Assembly (NCBI GenBank): GCA_046570105.1 | Contig: JBKHVI010000015.1 | Span: forward strand, 1 to 50,701 | DNA length: 50,701 nucleotides | From: Bacteriovoracia bacterium | GTDB taxonomy: Bacteria > Bdellovibrionota > Bacteriovoracia > Bacteriovoracales > Bacteriovoracaceae | Direction of reading: 5' to 3' | Shown here: positions 1 to 10,241 of the stretch, piece after piece | Layout: each line of letters starts with the position of its first letter | Position numbering within the stretch: the first letter of the stretch is position 1 | Notes under the pieces: model-generated | What the model was told of the DNA's origin: nothing | Database searches by the model: none | The model's input: only the letters and a program-made list of their open reading frames with translations | Program-made: the position numbers and the translations under genes

Positions 1-1
1 C

Positions 2-541
2 CAAGCGATGGCGACAGCCAACGTAAAGTAAGTAGAGCCAAGCGAGCTGTTGAAAAAAGACTCCGATTACCGGAAGAATAAGAAAGAAATGCGAGCTTAA
101 GGCCACATTGGTTATATCGGTCGCAATGTCTTGATGATCCCCTTCAACTTCTAAAAATCCCGCGTAGAGACGAAGAATAAAGCTCCAGACTTCAGTCATA
201 ACGAGAGTCAGAATGGGGAAAAAAATTAAATCAAGAGCGCTTGAGAAAACTAAAATGTAATAGGGAAAAAGTCCGTCTTGAGCATCTACAAAAGCAGAAA
301 AAAGATTGTCTTCATTCTGATAGCTCAAGAACAGTTGCACTAAAACATTGGCGATCATGAGACGGGCAATCCCTTGCACTATCGCCAGGGCCCAGGAAAC
401 ACCAATTTGGTTTGAGAGTTCTGGACGTGGAAGCTCTTCATCTCCGTAAGGAGGCACGCCATGTTGCAACCAATCCAACATGAGACGAGGTCTCAAGAGA
501 CATAAAGTATACGAGTGAAGATAGGCCGCGAGAGTTTGCAT
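2..541 (-). CDS. Hypothetical multi-pass membrane protein (possibly Yip1-like), 3' truncated by window edge
   Basis: Manually translated open frame from ATG at 541 (MQTLAAYLHSYTLCLLRPRLMLDWLQHG...) to the window edge; TGATG overlap with the upstream stop; several hydrophobic segments. Not in the ORF track. Confidence 0.75.
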   Translation of the reverse strand, partial: MQTLAAYLHSYTLCLLRPRLMLDWLQHGVPPYGDEELPRPELSNQIGVSWALAIVQGIARLMIANVLVQLFLSYQNEDNLFSAFVDAQDGLFPYYILVFSSALDLIFFPILTLVMTEVWSFILRLYAGFLEVEGDHQDIATDITNVALSSHFFLILPVIGVFFQQLAWLYLLYVGCRHRL

Positions 542-1761
542 CATGGTTTTAAAAGGGTAGCAAAATCCATGGGAGACTCCAAGGGAAGACTCCAGGTCCA
601 AGTGAGTCCTGTTTCACAATCAAGTATCGCCCAGCCACTGGAGACACGGCGCCATGCATACTCAATCCCTTGAGTTTTGAGTTGAATCACAGATGTACGC
701 GCCAGTTCCTGACAATCTTTGCCAGTTATCAAACTGAGTATTTCAAAAGTTTGCGCTGTTTGCATAAAACGAGTCAGCGCTTTACTCGCCTCTGATTCAA
801 CCGTTACTTGCTGCTTATTTTCGACAATCTCTGGCTTCACGCCAGGCTCGCCAAGTACCATCGAAAACGACTTACTGACTAAGCGCTCAGGGAAGCGGCC
901 AATGAATTCACTGCTCTCTTGATCGAGGGGATAGGCTTTTTTCAGATGGGGCAACCAGACATAGATCAAATCTAAATTGGGATGTTCATAAAACTCCCAA
1001 GAGATTTTAGCTCCATTATGCAAAGTAAAAAACCATGGTTGGATTTTGCTTTTTTTAAGTGGAGCTTGATTGAGAATATTGCCTTTCACTTTCAAAGATT
1101 GCAGACCTGCCAAAAAAGCATTCATGGCAGCCTTGCCCCAAGGTCTTTTACTTAACACCAGTGAATCGAGTTTCAGTTCACCTTTTTCCCAATTGAGAAA
1201 CTGTGCAAATTGTAAGAGAGGCAAGAGACGCTCTTCGCGCCAGCGATCTTCAGGATATAACAGCAGATCTCGAAGCCTTTGGTATTTTGATTGCAGCAAA
1301 ACTTTTTCTTCATCGGCCATGGCAAAAGAGCCCATGGCACGCAAATCGACGACATAAACATTCGGATCACCCACGAGACCCAGAAAAAAACTATCTCCTG
1401 ACGGGGCCATACTTCCCCATTCAAATGTTTGATCATCTACTGAGAATTTTAAACCTTCACCAAAGAACTCATTGCGATCAGGAGCATCGGAAATAACCCG
1501 TGCAATTGTAAGCGATTCAAGTGAGCGATGAAGTTCTTCTAAGACTTCAGCGCGAGCGATCTCACCACTACCGGTACGCCAAACTCCCTCACTCATAGTC
1601 AATTCTGCAGCAGGAAGATTAAACTTCTGAGGATTTTGCAAACTTTTGGCCATTACTTTTTCGAGATTAGATTTTTTGTCCATCCAACCACTCTCGGTAA
1701 GCACCCAGGTCAGAGTAAGTAGCAAACCTAAAATGCCGACCAAAAGCAAAATCTTTTTCAT
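541..1761 (-). CDS. Membrane-anchored protein, DUF4340-like accessory of the Gld-type ABC operon
   Basis: 406-aa ORF, N-terminal TM segment, 4-nt overlap with the GldG-like gene; family call rests mainly on gene context. Confidence 0.55.
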   Translation of the reverse strand: MKKILLLVGILGLLLTLTWVLTESGWMDKKSNLEKVMAKSLQNPQKFNLPAAELTMSEGVWRTGSGEIARAEVLEELHRSLESLTIARVISDAPDRNEFFGEGLKFSVDDQTFEWGSMAPSGDSFFLGLVGDPNVYVVDLRAMGSFAMADEEKVLLQSKYQRLRDLLLYPEDRWREERLLPLLQFAQFLNWEKGELKLDSLVLSKRPWGKAAMNAFLAGLQSLKVKGNILNQAPLKKSKIQPWFFTLHNGAKISWEFYEHPNLDLIYVWLPHLKKAYPLDQESSEFIGRFPERLVSKSFSMVLGEPGVKPEIVENKQQVTVESEASKALTRFMQTAQTFEILSLITGKDCQELARTSVIQLKTQGIEYAWRRVSSGWAILDCETGLTWTWSLPLESPMDFATLLKP

Positions 1762-3314
1762 AGGCGACGACGACGGCGGTAAACTAAGACCGCTAGAATG
1801 AAAGCAATAAGTGGAATACTTAAAACTGTGACGACAAAGACAAAACGCAAATGCGGCGTACTTAAAATGACCGGTTCATGTGTCAGCCCTGGACGATTAA
1901 GGGTCAAGAGTCCCTCTTCATGAGCAAGCCAGCTCATAATATTTAAAACGAAATTCATATTGGCAGTTTGATTTTGGTACGCATTACGAATGAACACATC
2001 ATTACCAATCACTGCTACACGAGTATCTTTTTCTTTTGTGTTTTCTGTAATTCTCTCGGCCACCATGGCAACGCCAATGGGCCCTTTCTTATCGAGCTTT
2101 TCATCAAAGTTCGCTTTACCTTGAGAGATGGCCGCTAAATCACGTTCCGCCCAGCTACCAGGATAATCAGAAGTCTGGGCAAGAGTTGTTACCGCCACAT
2201 TTTGATAAAGCGGTAACACTGCTTCAAGTGATGAGCTCAGAGGAAAAATAGTGCGGGAATGAAAGCCACGGGTAATCGGATGATTGGCAGAATATTTAGA
2301 GATCACCGGAATAGTGGCTTCATTTGACTCTAGCGTTGAGAGACGATCAATCACCAGATCATTAAATGATTGAATTCCCCATTTCACTAACAGAGCTCGC
2401 AAGTCTTTTTGGTGATCCTGTTGAAAGTTAGGTGAATAAGCAAAAAGCAGACTTCCGCCCTTTTCAAGCCAGCGCTGCAATCGCTGAATTTCTTGGGGCA
2501 AAATCCCTGCGACTGGTCCCCAAATAATGACGACATCTGCATCCAGTGGAATCTCAGCCGAGCGCTGAAGATCAAGCGGGAGTGCAATAAAGTTCTGTGA
2601 CTTTAAATGAGCACAAAAAGCCGAAAGTCCTTCTTCTCGAATATTGTCACAAGTCGCCTCACCGTGCGCACTTATAAAATAAGCACGCGTTTGTCTTTCA
2701 CGAATAATTTTCAGAAGAGCATTGGTAACACTTAACTCATCTTGCAAAGCAAAACTGATTCGTTTGCCGCCACCTTCAACCACCACTGTGCCGTGATCGT
2801 TTACGCCAGCAGCACGCGCCGCTTGCGGACGCGTTTCAGGATCAATCGCTTCTAAGACGATATCTCTGCGTACATCGCGGAAGAGACGCAAAAGTGCCAT
2901 GGCACGCGTCCACTCGGCTCTACGAGCATAGAGAGTCATCTTAGTATCGGCCGGCAATTGCTCAATAATTTTTTGACTCTGATCAGAAAGTGTATTGAGC
3001 GAGCGCTCAGTCATATCGACTTGGAAAGGAAATTTCCAGGCCAAGAAAGTGACTAAGCCCGTAATACAACAAACCAGAAAAAATTGTGTGAGTTGGATAA
3101 AACTCGCTCGTCCTTGACGACTTTTAAGCCAAGTGACCACCCCAACGCGGCGAGGGTAAAATAAAATCCCACCGAGAAGAATGGTAAATACCGTTACACT
3201 TAAGTTAAGCACCAAGTGTTCAGGGGCGACTAACCACAAAGTCATAGTTGAGAGAAGTAACAGGCCTTCAGCAATGACCCACAAACTGTACCACCAGCGA
3301 TTCATACGGCTCAC
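1758..3314 (-). CDS. GldG-like ABC transporter auxiliary component
   Basis: 518 aa; DMTERSLNTLSDQS, SAHGE, HPITRG and N-x-NFVLNIMSWL motifs; N- and C-terminal TM segments. Confidence 0.8.
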   Translation of the reverse strand: MSRMNRWWYSLWVIAEGLLLLSTMTLWLVAPEHLVLNLSVTVFTILLGGILFYPRRVGVVTWLKSRQGRASFIQLTQFFLVCCITGLVTFLAWKFPFQVDMTERSLNTLSDQSQKIIEQLPADTKMTLYARRAEWTRAMALLRLFRDVRRDIVLEAIDPETRPQAARAAGVNDHGTVVVEGGGKRISFALQDELSVTNALLKIIRERQTRAYFISAHGEATCDNIREEGLSAFCAHLKSQNFIALPLDLQRSAEIPLDADVVIIWGPVAGILPQEIQRLQRWLEKGGSLLFAYSPNFQQDHQKDLRALLVKWGIQSFNDLVIDRLSTLESNEATIPVISKYSANHPITRGFHSRTIFPLSSSLEAVLPLYQNVAVTTLAQTSDYPGSWAERDLAAISQGKANFDEKLDKKGPIGVAMVAERITENTKEKDTRVAVIGNDVFIRNAYQNQTANMNFVLNIMSWLAHEEGLLTLNRPGLTHEPVILSTPHLRFVFVVTVLSIPLIAFILAVLVYRRRRRL

Positions 3315-4072
3315 CAGTTCCTACTTTCTAGCACTTTGACAGAAGCACTGAGACTCAAAAATATAAAAGCTAAGTAATAAGTAAAATCCGACGTAGAAAG
3401 AATCCCTTTAACCAGGGTTTCAAAATGTCCGGTCACCGAGAGCCAACGCAGTGTCTCTGCCACCATGAAATTATCTGTCCCCTGGGCTATCCAACTCAAA
3501 AGCCAAGTAAACATAATAAACATAAAGCCCAAAAGTGCGGCAATCACTTGGTTATCGGTTAGCGAAGAAGCCAGTAGTCCTACCGCCACATAGCAAGCGG
3601 TATTAAATGCTAAGCCGAGGTAACAACCAAGTAAGACTTTTTGATCGGGTACACCCGCCCAGAAGAGCACGATGGGAAAGAGTAAAGTTGGAATCAACAG
3701 CACCAGAGTAAAAGCCCACGTGGCCAGAAATTTCCCCAAAACGATTTGAATATCTGAAACGGGGGCGGCCCATAATAGATCGATCGTTCCTTGTTTTTTT
3801 TCTTCAGCGAGCAAGCGCATAGTCATAGGAGGAATAAAAAACAGCAAAAAGAAATTGATATTGCCGTACAGGCGCAAGACCACTTCTTCCAAGAAACTAA
3901 TTTGCGACTGCATATCGGCAGGAATGGCCTGGATATTATCCACATAACCTACGAGTAAGTTAAAAAATGTCCAACCACATAGGAGTGAGAAAATACCTAT
4001 CAACGTCCACGCCATCGGTGAGCGCCATTGCATAGAAAGTTCGCGCCCTGCTAGCACCCAAACGGCATTCAT
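3311..4072 (-). CDS. GldF-like ABC-2 permease
   Basis: 253 aa; TMRLLAEEKKQGTIDLL, IVLGKFLA and SSLTDNQVIA motifs; multiple TM helices. Confidence 0.85.
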   Translation of the reverse strand: MNAVWVLAGRELSMQWRSPMAWTLIGIFSLLCGWTFFNLLVGYVDNIQAIPADMQSQISFLEEVVLRLYGNINFFLLFFIPPMTMRLLAEEKKQGTIDLLWAAPVSDIQIVLGKFLATWAFTLVLLIPTLLFPIVLFWAGVPDQKVLLGCYLGLAFNTACYVAVGLLASSLTDNQVIAALLGFMFIMFTWLLSWIAQGTDNFMVAETLRWLSVTGHFETLVKGILSTSDFTYYLAFIFLSLSASVKVLESRNW

Positions 4073-5022
4073 GGATGATCCTTTTGTTTTGTGACCGCCA
4101 AAAAGACTTGTTCTAACTGTGAGCCTGTCATTTGCAAGCCCCGCACGTCGAGATTAAGTTTCACCATGGCACGCACCAACTCCGCACGCATATCTTCTTG
4201 TGTGTTAAGATGAAGTCTAAAATGATGCTGATCAGCGGTGGTCTCGATCGCCGAAATATAAGGCAGATTTTTTAGACTTTCCGCTGCCGCATTTGGCAGA
4301 GATGCAAGATCCACATCGAGAATGGTTTTCCCACTAAAGCGCTCTCTGACTTCTGTAAGCGTTCCGTGCGCTAACAGTTCACCTTGAGAAATAATCGTAA
4401 TACTGTCACAAACCTCTTCTACTTCATGCAAAAGATGACTTGAAAAAAGGACCGTCTTCGTCGCTTTTAAACTTTTTATTAAACCTCTGACTTCTACTAC
4501 GGATTCTGGATCTAGGCCGGCCGTCGGTTCATCCAAAATAACGAGCTTGGGATCATGGATCAGGGCCTGGGCTATTCCCACACGCTGACGATAACCTTTG
4601 GATAAATTGCCAATCAAGCGATGGGCGACATGTTGAATCTTCACCATGTCCACAACACGCTCAAAAGCTTCTTGGGGGGTTTTCACGTGATGAAGGCGAG
4701 CCGTAAAAAAGAGAAACTCTTTAACAGTCATATCCCGATAGAGCGGTGGATTTTCTGGCAACAGACCGACCAGGGATTTAACCTCATTGGCCGAGCTCAC
4801 CGGATCAACTCCACACATAAGGACTTGGCCCGAGCTAGGGCGCAAGAGTCCGCTCATCATGCGAATAGTAGTGGATTTCCCCGCTCCGTTTGGTCCCAAG
4901 AAGCCATGAATCACACCTTGGGGAACTTGAAAATTAAGCTCCTTGACGGCAACAAGGCCCGGATAGTCCTTTCTGAGCGATTTGGCCTCAATGGCCCAAG
5001 AATGATTAGAGTAACCGAGCAT
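4069..5022 (-). CDS. GldA-like ABC transporter ATP-binding protein
   Basis: Walker A GPNGAGKST, signature LSKGYRQR, Walker B ILDEPT, switch SSH. Confidence 0.92.
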   Translation of the reverse strand: MLGYSNHSWAIEAKSLRKDYPGLVAVKELNFQVPQGVIHGFLGPNGAGKSTTIRMMSGLLRPSSGQVLMCGVDPVSSANEVKSLVGLLPENPPLYRDMTVKEFLFFTARLHHVKTPQEAFERVVDMVKIQHVAHRLIGNLSKGYRQRVGIAQALIHDPKLVILDEPTAGLDPESVVEVRGLIKSLKATKTVLFSSHLLHEVEEVCDSITIISQGELLAHGTLTEVRERFSGKTILDVDLASLPNAAAESLKNLPYISAIETTADQHHFRLHLNTQEDMRAELVRAMVKLNLDVRGLQMTGSQLEQVFLAVTKQKDHP

Positions 5023-5131
5023 TCAGCTCCTCCAATTACAGTGCACTGTTGTGTTGCCCTAAATGGCATAAACAGTGAAAATACTTATTAGTCGCTTAAT
5101 ATCAGTCAGCAATTTTCCGAAAAGTATAAGC

Positions 5132-6133
5132 ATGTCCATTGTAGATAATTTCAAGTCAAGAATTCAAGGGATCAAGTCCGTAGTTTTCACTACGCACGTT
5201 ATTCCTGATGCCGATGGCATCGGTTCAGAGATTAGTCTTTGCATGGCCCTGCGTCGACTGGGGATTAAAGCTGTCTGCGTTAATGATGAGCCTCTCCCCT
5301 TGCGCTATCGCTACATGGATCCTGATCATGTGGTTCAAGGCGTCGATGAGTTTGAGCCCAATGTCTTTGGTCCGATTGATCTTTGGATCGTGGTAGATAC
5401 CAACACTGTTGATCGTGTCTGCGCGGGCCTGCAGCCTCTCATTCGTAAAAATAATAATGTGCTCTTTGTTGATCACCACCCTGATCCGCTCTTGGAAGGG
5501 AAAAGTGATCAATGTGTCGATACCTCAGCAGCGGCCACGGGCCAGCTGGCCGGTGACATCATTCGCGGACTCGGACTTGAATTTGATCGTAAGCTCGCTC
5601 TTCCGCTCTATACCGCCATTATTATCGACACGAGCTCTTTTCGTTACCCCAGTGTTTCGGCGGCGACCCATCATCTGGTAGGAGATTTAATGGCGACTGG
5701 TATTGCTCCAGGTGAAGCCTATAACGGCATTTATGGCGCCAAAAAAATTGAACATATGCATCTCTTGGGCACCATCCTTTCGACGGCCCAATCTACGAAG
5801 TCCGGCGACATCGCTTGGATTCATTTGTCGAAAAATTTAATTAAGCGCTTTGATTCAGATGTGGAAGACACTCACGCCTTTATTAACCATCTGTTGATTT
5901 TGGATAATATCAAAGTCGCCTGTATGTTCCGTGATGATGGTGATGTGCTTAAGCTCTCTTTGCGCTCATCAGGCGTTTGGGACGTGGGCCATATCGCTCG
6001 TCAAATCGGCGGCGGCGGTCACTCCCACTCGGCAGCAACCGTCATCGTCAAAAAGAATGGCGAGAGCACCGACGACATTATTCATGAGATCATAGGGAAA
6101 ATGGAAAAAATTCTCTTCTCTATGAAAAAATAG
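5132..6133 (+). CDS. DHH/DHHA1 phosphoesterase (NrnA-like oligoribonuclease/pAp phosphatase)
   Basis: HVIPDADGIGS, VDT, VDHH, DTSSF, SLRS and GGGHSHSA motifs; start moved to ATG 5132. Confidence 0.88.
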   Translation: MSIVDNFKSRIQGIKSVVFTTHVIPDADGIGSEISLCMALRRLGIKAVCVNDEPLPLRYRYMDPDHVVQGVDEFEPNVFGPIDLWIVVDTNTVDRVCAGLQPLIRKNNNVLFVDHHPDPLLEGKSDQCVDTSAAATGQLAGDIIRGLGLEFDRKLALPLYTAIIIDTSSFRYPSVSAATHHLVGDLMATGIAPGEAYNGIYGAKKIEHMHLLGTILSTAQSTKSGDIAWIHLSKNLIKRFDSDVEDTHAFINHLLILDNIKVACMFRDDGDVLKLSLRSSGVWDVGHIARQIGGGGHSHSAATVIVKKNGESTDDIIHEIIGKMEKILFSMKK

Positions 6134-6170
6134 TTCTCTCTATTCAAAAAGTACTTTTCGAGGACTACTA

Positions 6171-9100
6171 ATGAAGTATTTCTTGCTTATTTCACTCACC
6201 CTAGTCTCGAATCTGGTGCAAGCCCGTTGGACTTTACTAAGTGATCACAACTATAAAATAAAAAATTATCAAACTGTTATTAAAGTCAATAAAATCGGTG
6301 CCGCAACATCTGAAACAAATATTGAATATGAGATTTTGAAAGATCAGGGTCGAAAGGACTTATCCATCTTAAAATTTAGCTATGACCCACTTCTAAGTGT
6401 TACCGAGATTCTTGAAGCTAAGATTATAACCAATCAAATTGCTATTGAAATTGATAAGAATAATATCACGACAATTAACTTAGGTTCTAGAGATGGCTCA
6501 GACGAATTAAAAGAAATTCGCTTAACAGTTCCATCAATAAAGATTGGTTCAACCCTAAAGCTTAAATATCGCGAAACACAGAAAAAACCAATCCTAACGG
6601 GGTATTACTCATTAAGAAAAGACCTCGACTCGCTAGGATACGTTGAGCAATTTTCCACTGAGATTATTTCTGAAATACCTCTCAGCCATCACATAAATGA
6701 CCCTGAAAATAAAATTGAGTTCGAGGAAAAAAAAGCAGAGGTCTTGTATAGCTATCGGTTTAAAACAAAAAGTCTTTTCAATAGAACATTAATTTCAGAG
6801 CCGGGTAAATTAAGTGAGTCAGACAAAACCTTTTTTACCTTAAAGAGTGAGAGCGAATGGAGCAAAATTCAGCTTAATTTCCAGAGTCGATTTCAAAAGT
6901 TAATTTCATCGCCTCTCCCCTTATCTCTTGCAGAGGTCATATCAGAAGCGAAACAAAAAAAATCATTGATCGAAAAAGTTGAATTCCTGACTAATTATCT
7001 TGCCGAGAATTATAAATATTTAGGTGACTGGCAAAATATGAATAACGCTTTTATTCCACGAAGCTTTGATTCCATCGTTCAATCCAGGAATGGGAATTGC
7101 AAAGACCTGTCGCTCTTACTTATGCGCATGCTAAAGGAAATACAAATCAATGCAAGCATTGCATTCGTTCAACGTTCAGCTCCCCAGTATGATAAATTAA
7201 AAAAAGATCATCATGCTACATTAGATAGCTTCAATCATGTGGTCGTTGCGATTAAGCAAGATGAGAAATATCTCTGGATTGATCCTACAAAAAATTCCAC
7301 CTACGGATTTAATATCCGCAAAGATATCGCTGGAAAAAAAGCTCTGATTTTAGACGACACAAGTGCATTGGTTGACATACCTCATATGACACCACCTGAA
7401 TCTAAAATGATCATAGAGAAAACAATCGACTTTACAGAGTCTTCTGCTTCACAAGTAAAAACTAACATTAAACTTACAGGCGCATTGGCCTATCCATTTA
7501 TCGGAATTGAAAACGATGCGACTCAAGCAAAAAATAACCGTCAAATACTTTCTTTATTAGACGAACCAACCCATACAGTTATTTCAGCAACTCATAATTT
7601 CGATTTTAAGAATAGAACTTATAGGCCAATGAATATTGATTTGAACTACACGAGTCATTCAATCCTTGAACTCAATGATAAAATTGCATTTCTAAGATTA
7701 GCATCGATTGAAAAATTCATTGCTCCAATCTTACAAAATACAAAAACATGGCAAGGCCATCTCATTTTCGATGAAGTGTTTGAAATAATTCAAACCTCAA
7801 ATTTCAAGAATCTTTTTACGAAAGATGGCATTGACGAATGTGCCATTAATTCGAAGTGGCTGGATTATCGTTTTTCAGCAAACTTACTACCTACGGGAAC
7901 CGTCCTTATTACTAACCTTACACTAAAAGAAAAATATATAGATAATAGTGAATTCAAGACTAGTGATTTCATCAAAATGCAAAATGAGCTCCGAAAATGT
8001 ATCCGTAACCAATCAATTGAGGTGGCACTTGGTCAAAAGAAACATATCAACCTTGTAGACGATATTGAGAAAAGTTTAAAAAATCTTGAAGTTAGGAAAA
8101 AAGCACAAGAAAGATACAATATTATTTTGAGAACAAGTCGAAAGAATAAAAATCTGATCAAAAATAAGGTTTATATCAAACTTGCCAGCAAGAATATCCA
8201 AGAAGATCCTGCCTTCGACCGTTCTTTTATATGGCTGAGTAACAACATCTTAACAAATGGCTTTGAGGATGAGGGCAAATATACTGAATCAATACTAGGT
8301 GAAGCTTCGAATACTGTTGTGGAAGGCCTTAAGTACAACCCGGAGAGCCAAGGTCTAAAACTAGTCCAGGTGCAAATCTTTATTATACAAAATGATCAAG
8401 CCAAAGCGCTTGAATTACTTAATCAAATTCAAATTGATCCAGAGACTTCATTAGTCGAAGACATAATTGCCTTATCACGTATTAAACGCAGCTTAAATAA
8501 ACACCAAGAAGCTGATGCCCTTTTATCACAGACCTTATTACGAAAAAATCCTAAGTGGGCGATTGCTGATATCAATACCGAGCTTGCAATTAGTAGAAAA
8601 AAATTAAACGACTTCACTGGATGTGTAGAATTTTATCAGAAAGTTTTGAGTATTGATCGCTACCGAACCTACCTTTATACAGAATTACCGCTTTGCCTCT
8701 ACAAACTAAATCAACTTGATGAGGCGATTAAAATTAGCCGGCAGGGCCTTACTATTTCTGAGACTTCTCAATTTAAAAAAACTACCGTCAGTCTGCTGAT
8801 GCAAAGATTGCAAGGTCACATAGCAAAAAAAGATTTCATTAGTGCTGAAACTGATATTCGTGAATCAATCCAAATAAACCCAACTGAAGAATTATATCTT
8901 AAGCTTTCACAAGTTTTAGTTTTAAAAGGTGAGGTAAATTCTGTAGCAGCAGTTATCAAGGATGGTGAGAAATATGCTGAAAATTGCTCAACCTACTTAT
9001 TAAAAGCTGCTTTGATCACACAGCAGAACAATGACTCCGCTTTAAAATTCGCACAAGGTGCTCTGGATTGCGCCGAGGACAGATCTGCAAGATTACAAGT

Positions 9101-9194
9101 CCTCGGATATTTAGTTCGCGTAAGTTCAAAGGATGCAAATTTAAACAAAAAATACAGAGAATTGTATCAATCGACACTGCAGCGTTCGAATTAG
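6171..9194 (+). CDS. Secreted DUF3857/transglutaminase-like protein with C-terminal TPR-like repeats
   Basis: Signal peptide; GNCKD, FNHVV and WIDPT (Cys-His-Asp triad); helical TPR-like C-terminus; visibly AT-rich. Confidence 0.8.
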   Translation: MKYFLLISLTLVSNLVQARWTLLSDHNYKIKNYQTVIKVNKIGAATSETNIEYEILKDQGRKDLSILKFSYDPLLSVTEILEAKIITNQIAIEIDKNNITTINLGSRDGSDELKEIRLTVPSIKIGSTLKLKYRETQKKPILTGYYSLRKDLDSLGYVEQFSTEIISEIPLSHHINDPENKIEFEEKKAEVLYSYRFKTKSLFNRTLISEPGKLSESDKTFFTLKSESEWSKIQLNFQSRFQKLISSPLPLSLAEVISEAKQKKSLIEKVEFLTNYLAENYKYLGDWQNMNNAFIPRSFDSIVQSRNGNCKDLSLLLMRMLKEIQINASIAFVQRSAPQYDKLKKDHHATLDSFNHVVVAIKQDEKYLWIDPTKNSTYGFNIRKDIAGKKALILDDTSALVDIPHMTPPESKMIIEKTIDFTESSASQVKTNIKLTGALAYPFIGIENDATQAKNNRQILSLLDEPTHTVISATHNFDFKNRTYRPMNIDLNYTSHSILELNDKIAFLRLASIEKFIAPILQNTKTWQGHLIFDEVFEIIQTSNFKNLFTKDGIDECAINSKWLDYRFSANLLPTGTVLITNLTLKEKYIDNSEFKTSDFIKMQNELRKCIRNQSIEVALGQKKHINLVDDIEKSLKNLEVRKKAQERYNIILRTSRKNKNLIKNKVYIKLASKNIQEDPAFDRSFIWLSNNILTNGFEDEGKYTESILGEASNTVVEGLKYNPESQGLKLVQVQIFIIQNDQAKALELLNQIQIDPETSLVEDIIALSRIKRSLNKHQEADALLSQTLLRKNPKWAIADINTELAISRKKLNDFTGCVEFYQKVLSIDRYRTYLYTELPLCLYKLNQLDEAIKISRQGLTISETSQFKKTTVSLLMQRLQGHIAKKDFISAETDIRESIQINPTEELYLKLSQVLVLKGEVNSVAAVIKDGEKYAENCSTYLLKAALITQQNNDSALKFAQGALDCAEDRSARLQVLGYLVRVSSKDANLNKKYRELYQSTLQRSN

Positions 9195-10240
9195 TCTTCT
9201 TTCACGGGCCTAATCCCCGCCCAAATACGCATTTGATTTTTGAACAAACGCTCGTTGAACTTAAGACCGGCCCGACGCAGTTGTTTTTTATCGAAAGATA
9301 AAAAATCACGATTTGACATTTTGAAAATGTCAGTCACATTACCTTGCTCAAACCAAACTCCCTCTGAAGGAAGAACTTCACGATAGTGTGGCAAATCAGC
9401 GACAACCACAGGACGTCCACAGCAGAGAGCACCCAGGGCCTCGGTTGGAAAACTAGGCTGGCCCAAAATCCAAACAGCACGAGCGGCATGAGTGAAAGCC
9501 GCGGTAGTAGCGGCACAGTGATCACCGATAAATTCTAATTGGGGATCGTTGAGTGCTTTCTCTTCAGCATACTCTTCATCATGGCCGACACACTTTATAT
9601 TGATGTTAGCCTTTTTCGCCTCAGCGAAAATCTCTCGCACCTTAGTGGGATTAGCACCTGTGAGAAGAACTAAGTGATGAGGATACTCACCCGGATGCTG
9701 ATCATCGGGTACTATTGGATAATCATCCGTTTTGATACCGGGATAAACCACTTTAAGATCACTGCCGATTTTTTTAGCTAAAATGCTTGAAGCTACAGTT
9801 AGATTCTTTTCTGAGATGAGACCCTTCTTCTTGAGATCCTCATGATAGAAGCTGAAAACGCTCTTCCAACCTTTGAGCTTCAAGCTTTCTGGACTCAATT
9901 GATTGCACCAAACATAGCGCTCGGTTTTGGGATGAGACTTGATTAAATGAGACCAACCACTAGAGAGGATAATCAGCTTATCCACATCTGGAGCGACCGT
10001 GAGAGTTTTAACGAAACTCGGTAGCATCCAAGAGCGCTTTGATAAATCGGCTGAGTTTTGGACTAAGCGGCCAAGGGGTGTGGAATGAATGCGATGAGTT
10101 TCAATCCGTCCGAGAATTTTTCCTTGGGCATGCGCCAGGCAATAAATATCAGCGTCATCAAAACCAGCGAGCAAAAGCTCAAGCAAAAACACTTCTGGTG
10201 TTCGTTCGACAAGAAAATCAATGGCGAAAGCGACTTTCAT
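9191..10240 (-). CDS. Divergent GT4-like glycosyltransferase
   Basis: MKVAFAIDFLV start, VVYPGI and ALCCGRPVV motifs of the GT-B fold. Confidence 0.65.
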   Translation of the reverse strand: MKVAFAIDFLVERTPEVFLLELLLAGFDDADIYCLAHAQGKILGRIETHRIHSTPLGRLVQNSADLSKRSWMLPSFVKTLTVAPDVDKLIILSSGWSHLIKSHPKTERYVWCNQLSPESLKLKGWKSVFSFYHEDLKKKGLISEKNLTVASSILAKKIGSDLKVVYPGIKTDDYPIVPDDQHPGEYPHHLVLLTGANPTKVREIFAEAKKANINIKCVGHDEEYAEEKALNDPQLEFIGDHCAATTAAFTHAARAVWILGQPSFPTEALGALCCGRPVVVADLPHYREVLPSEGVWFEQGNVTDIFKMSNRDFLSFDKKQLRRAGLKFNERLFKNQMRIWAGIRPVKED

Positions 10241-10241
10241 C

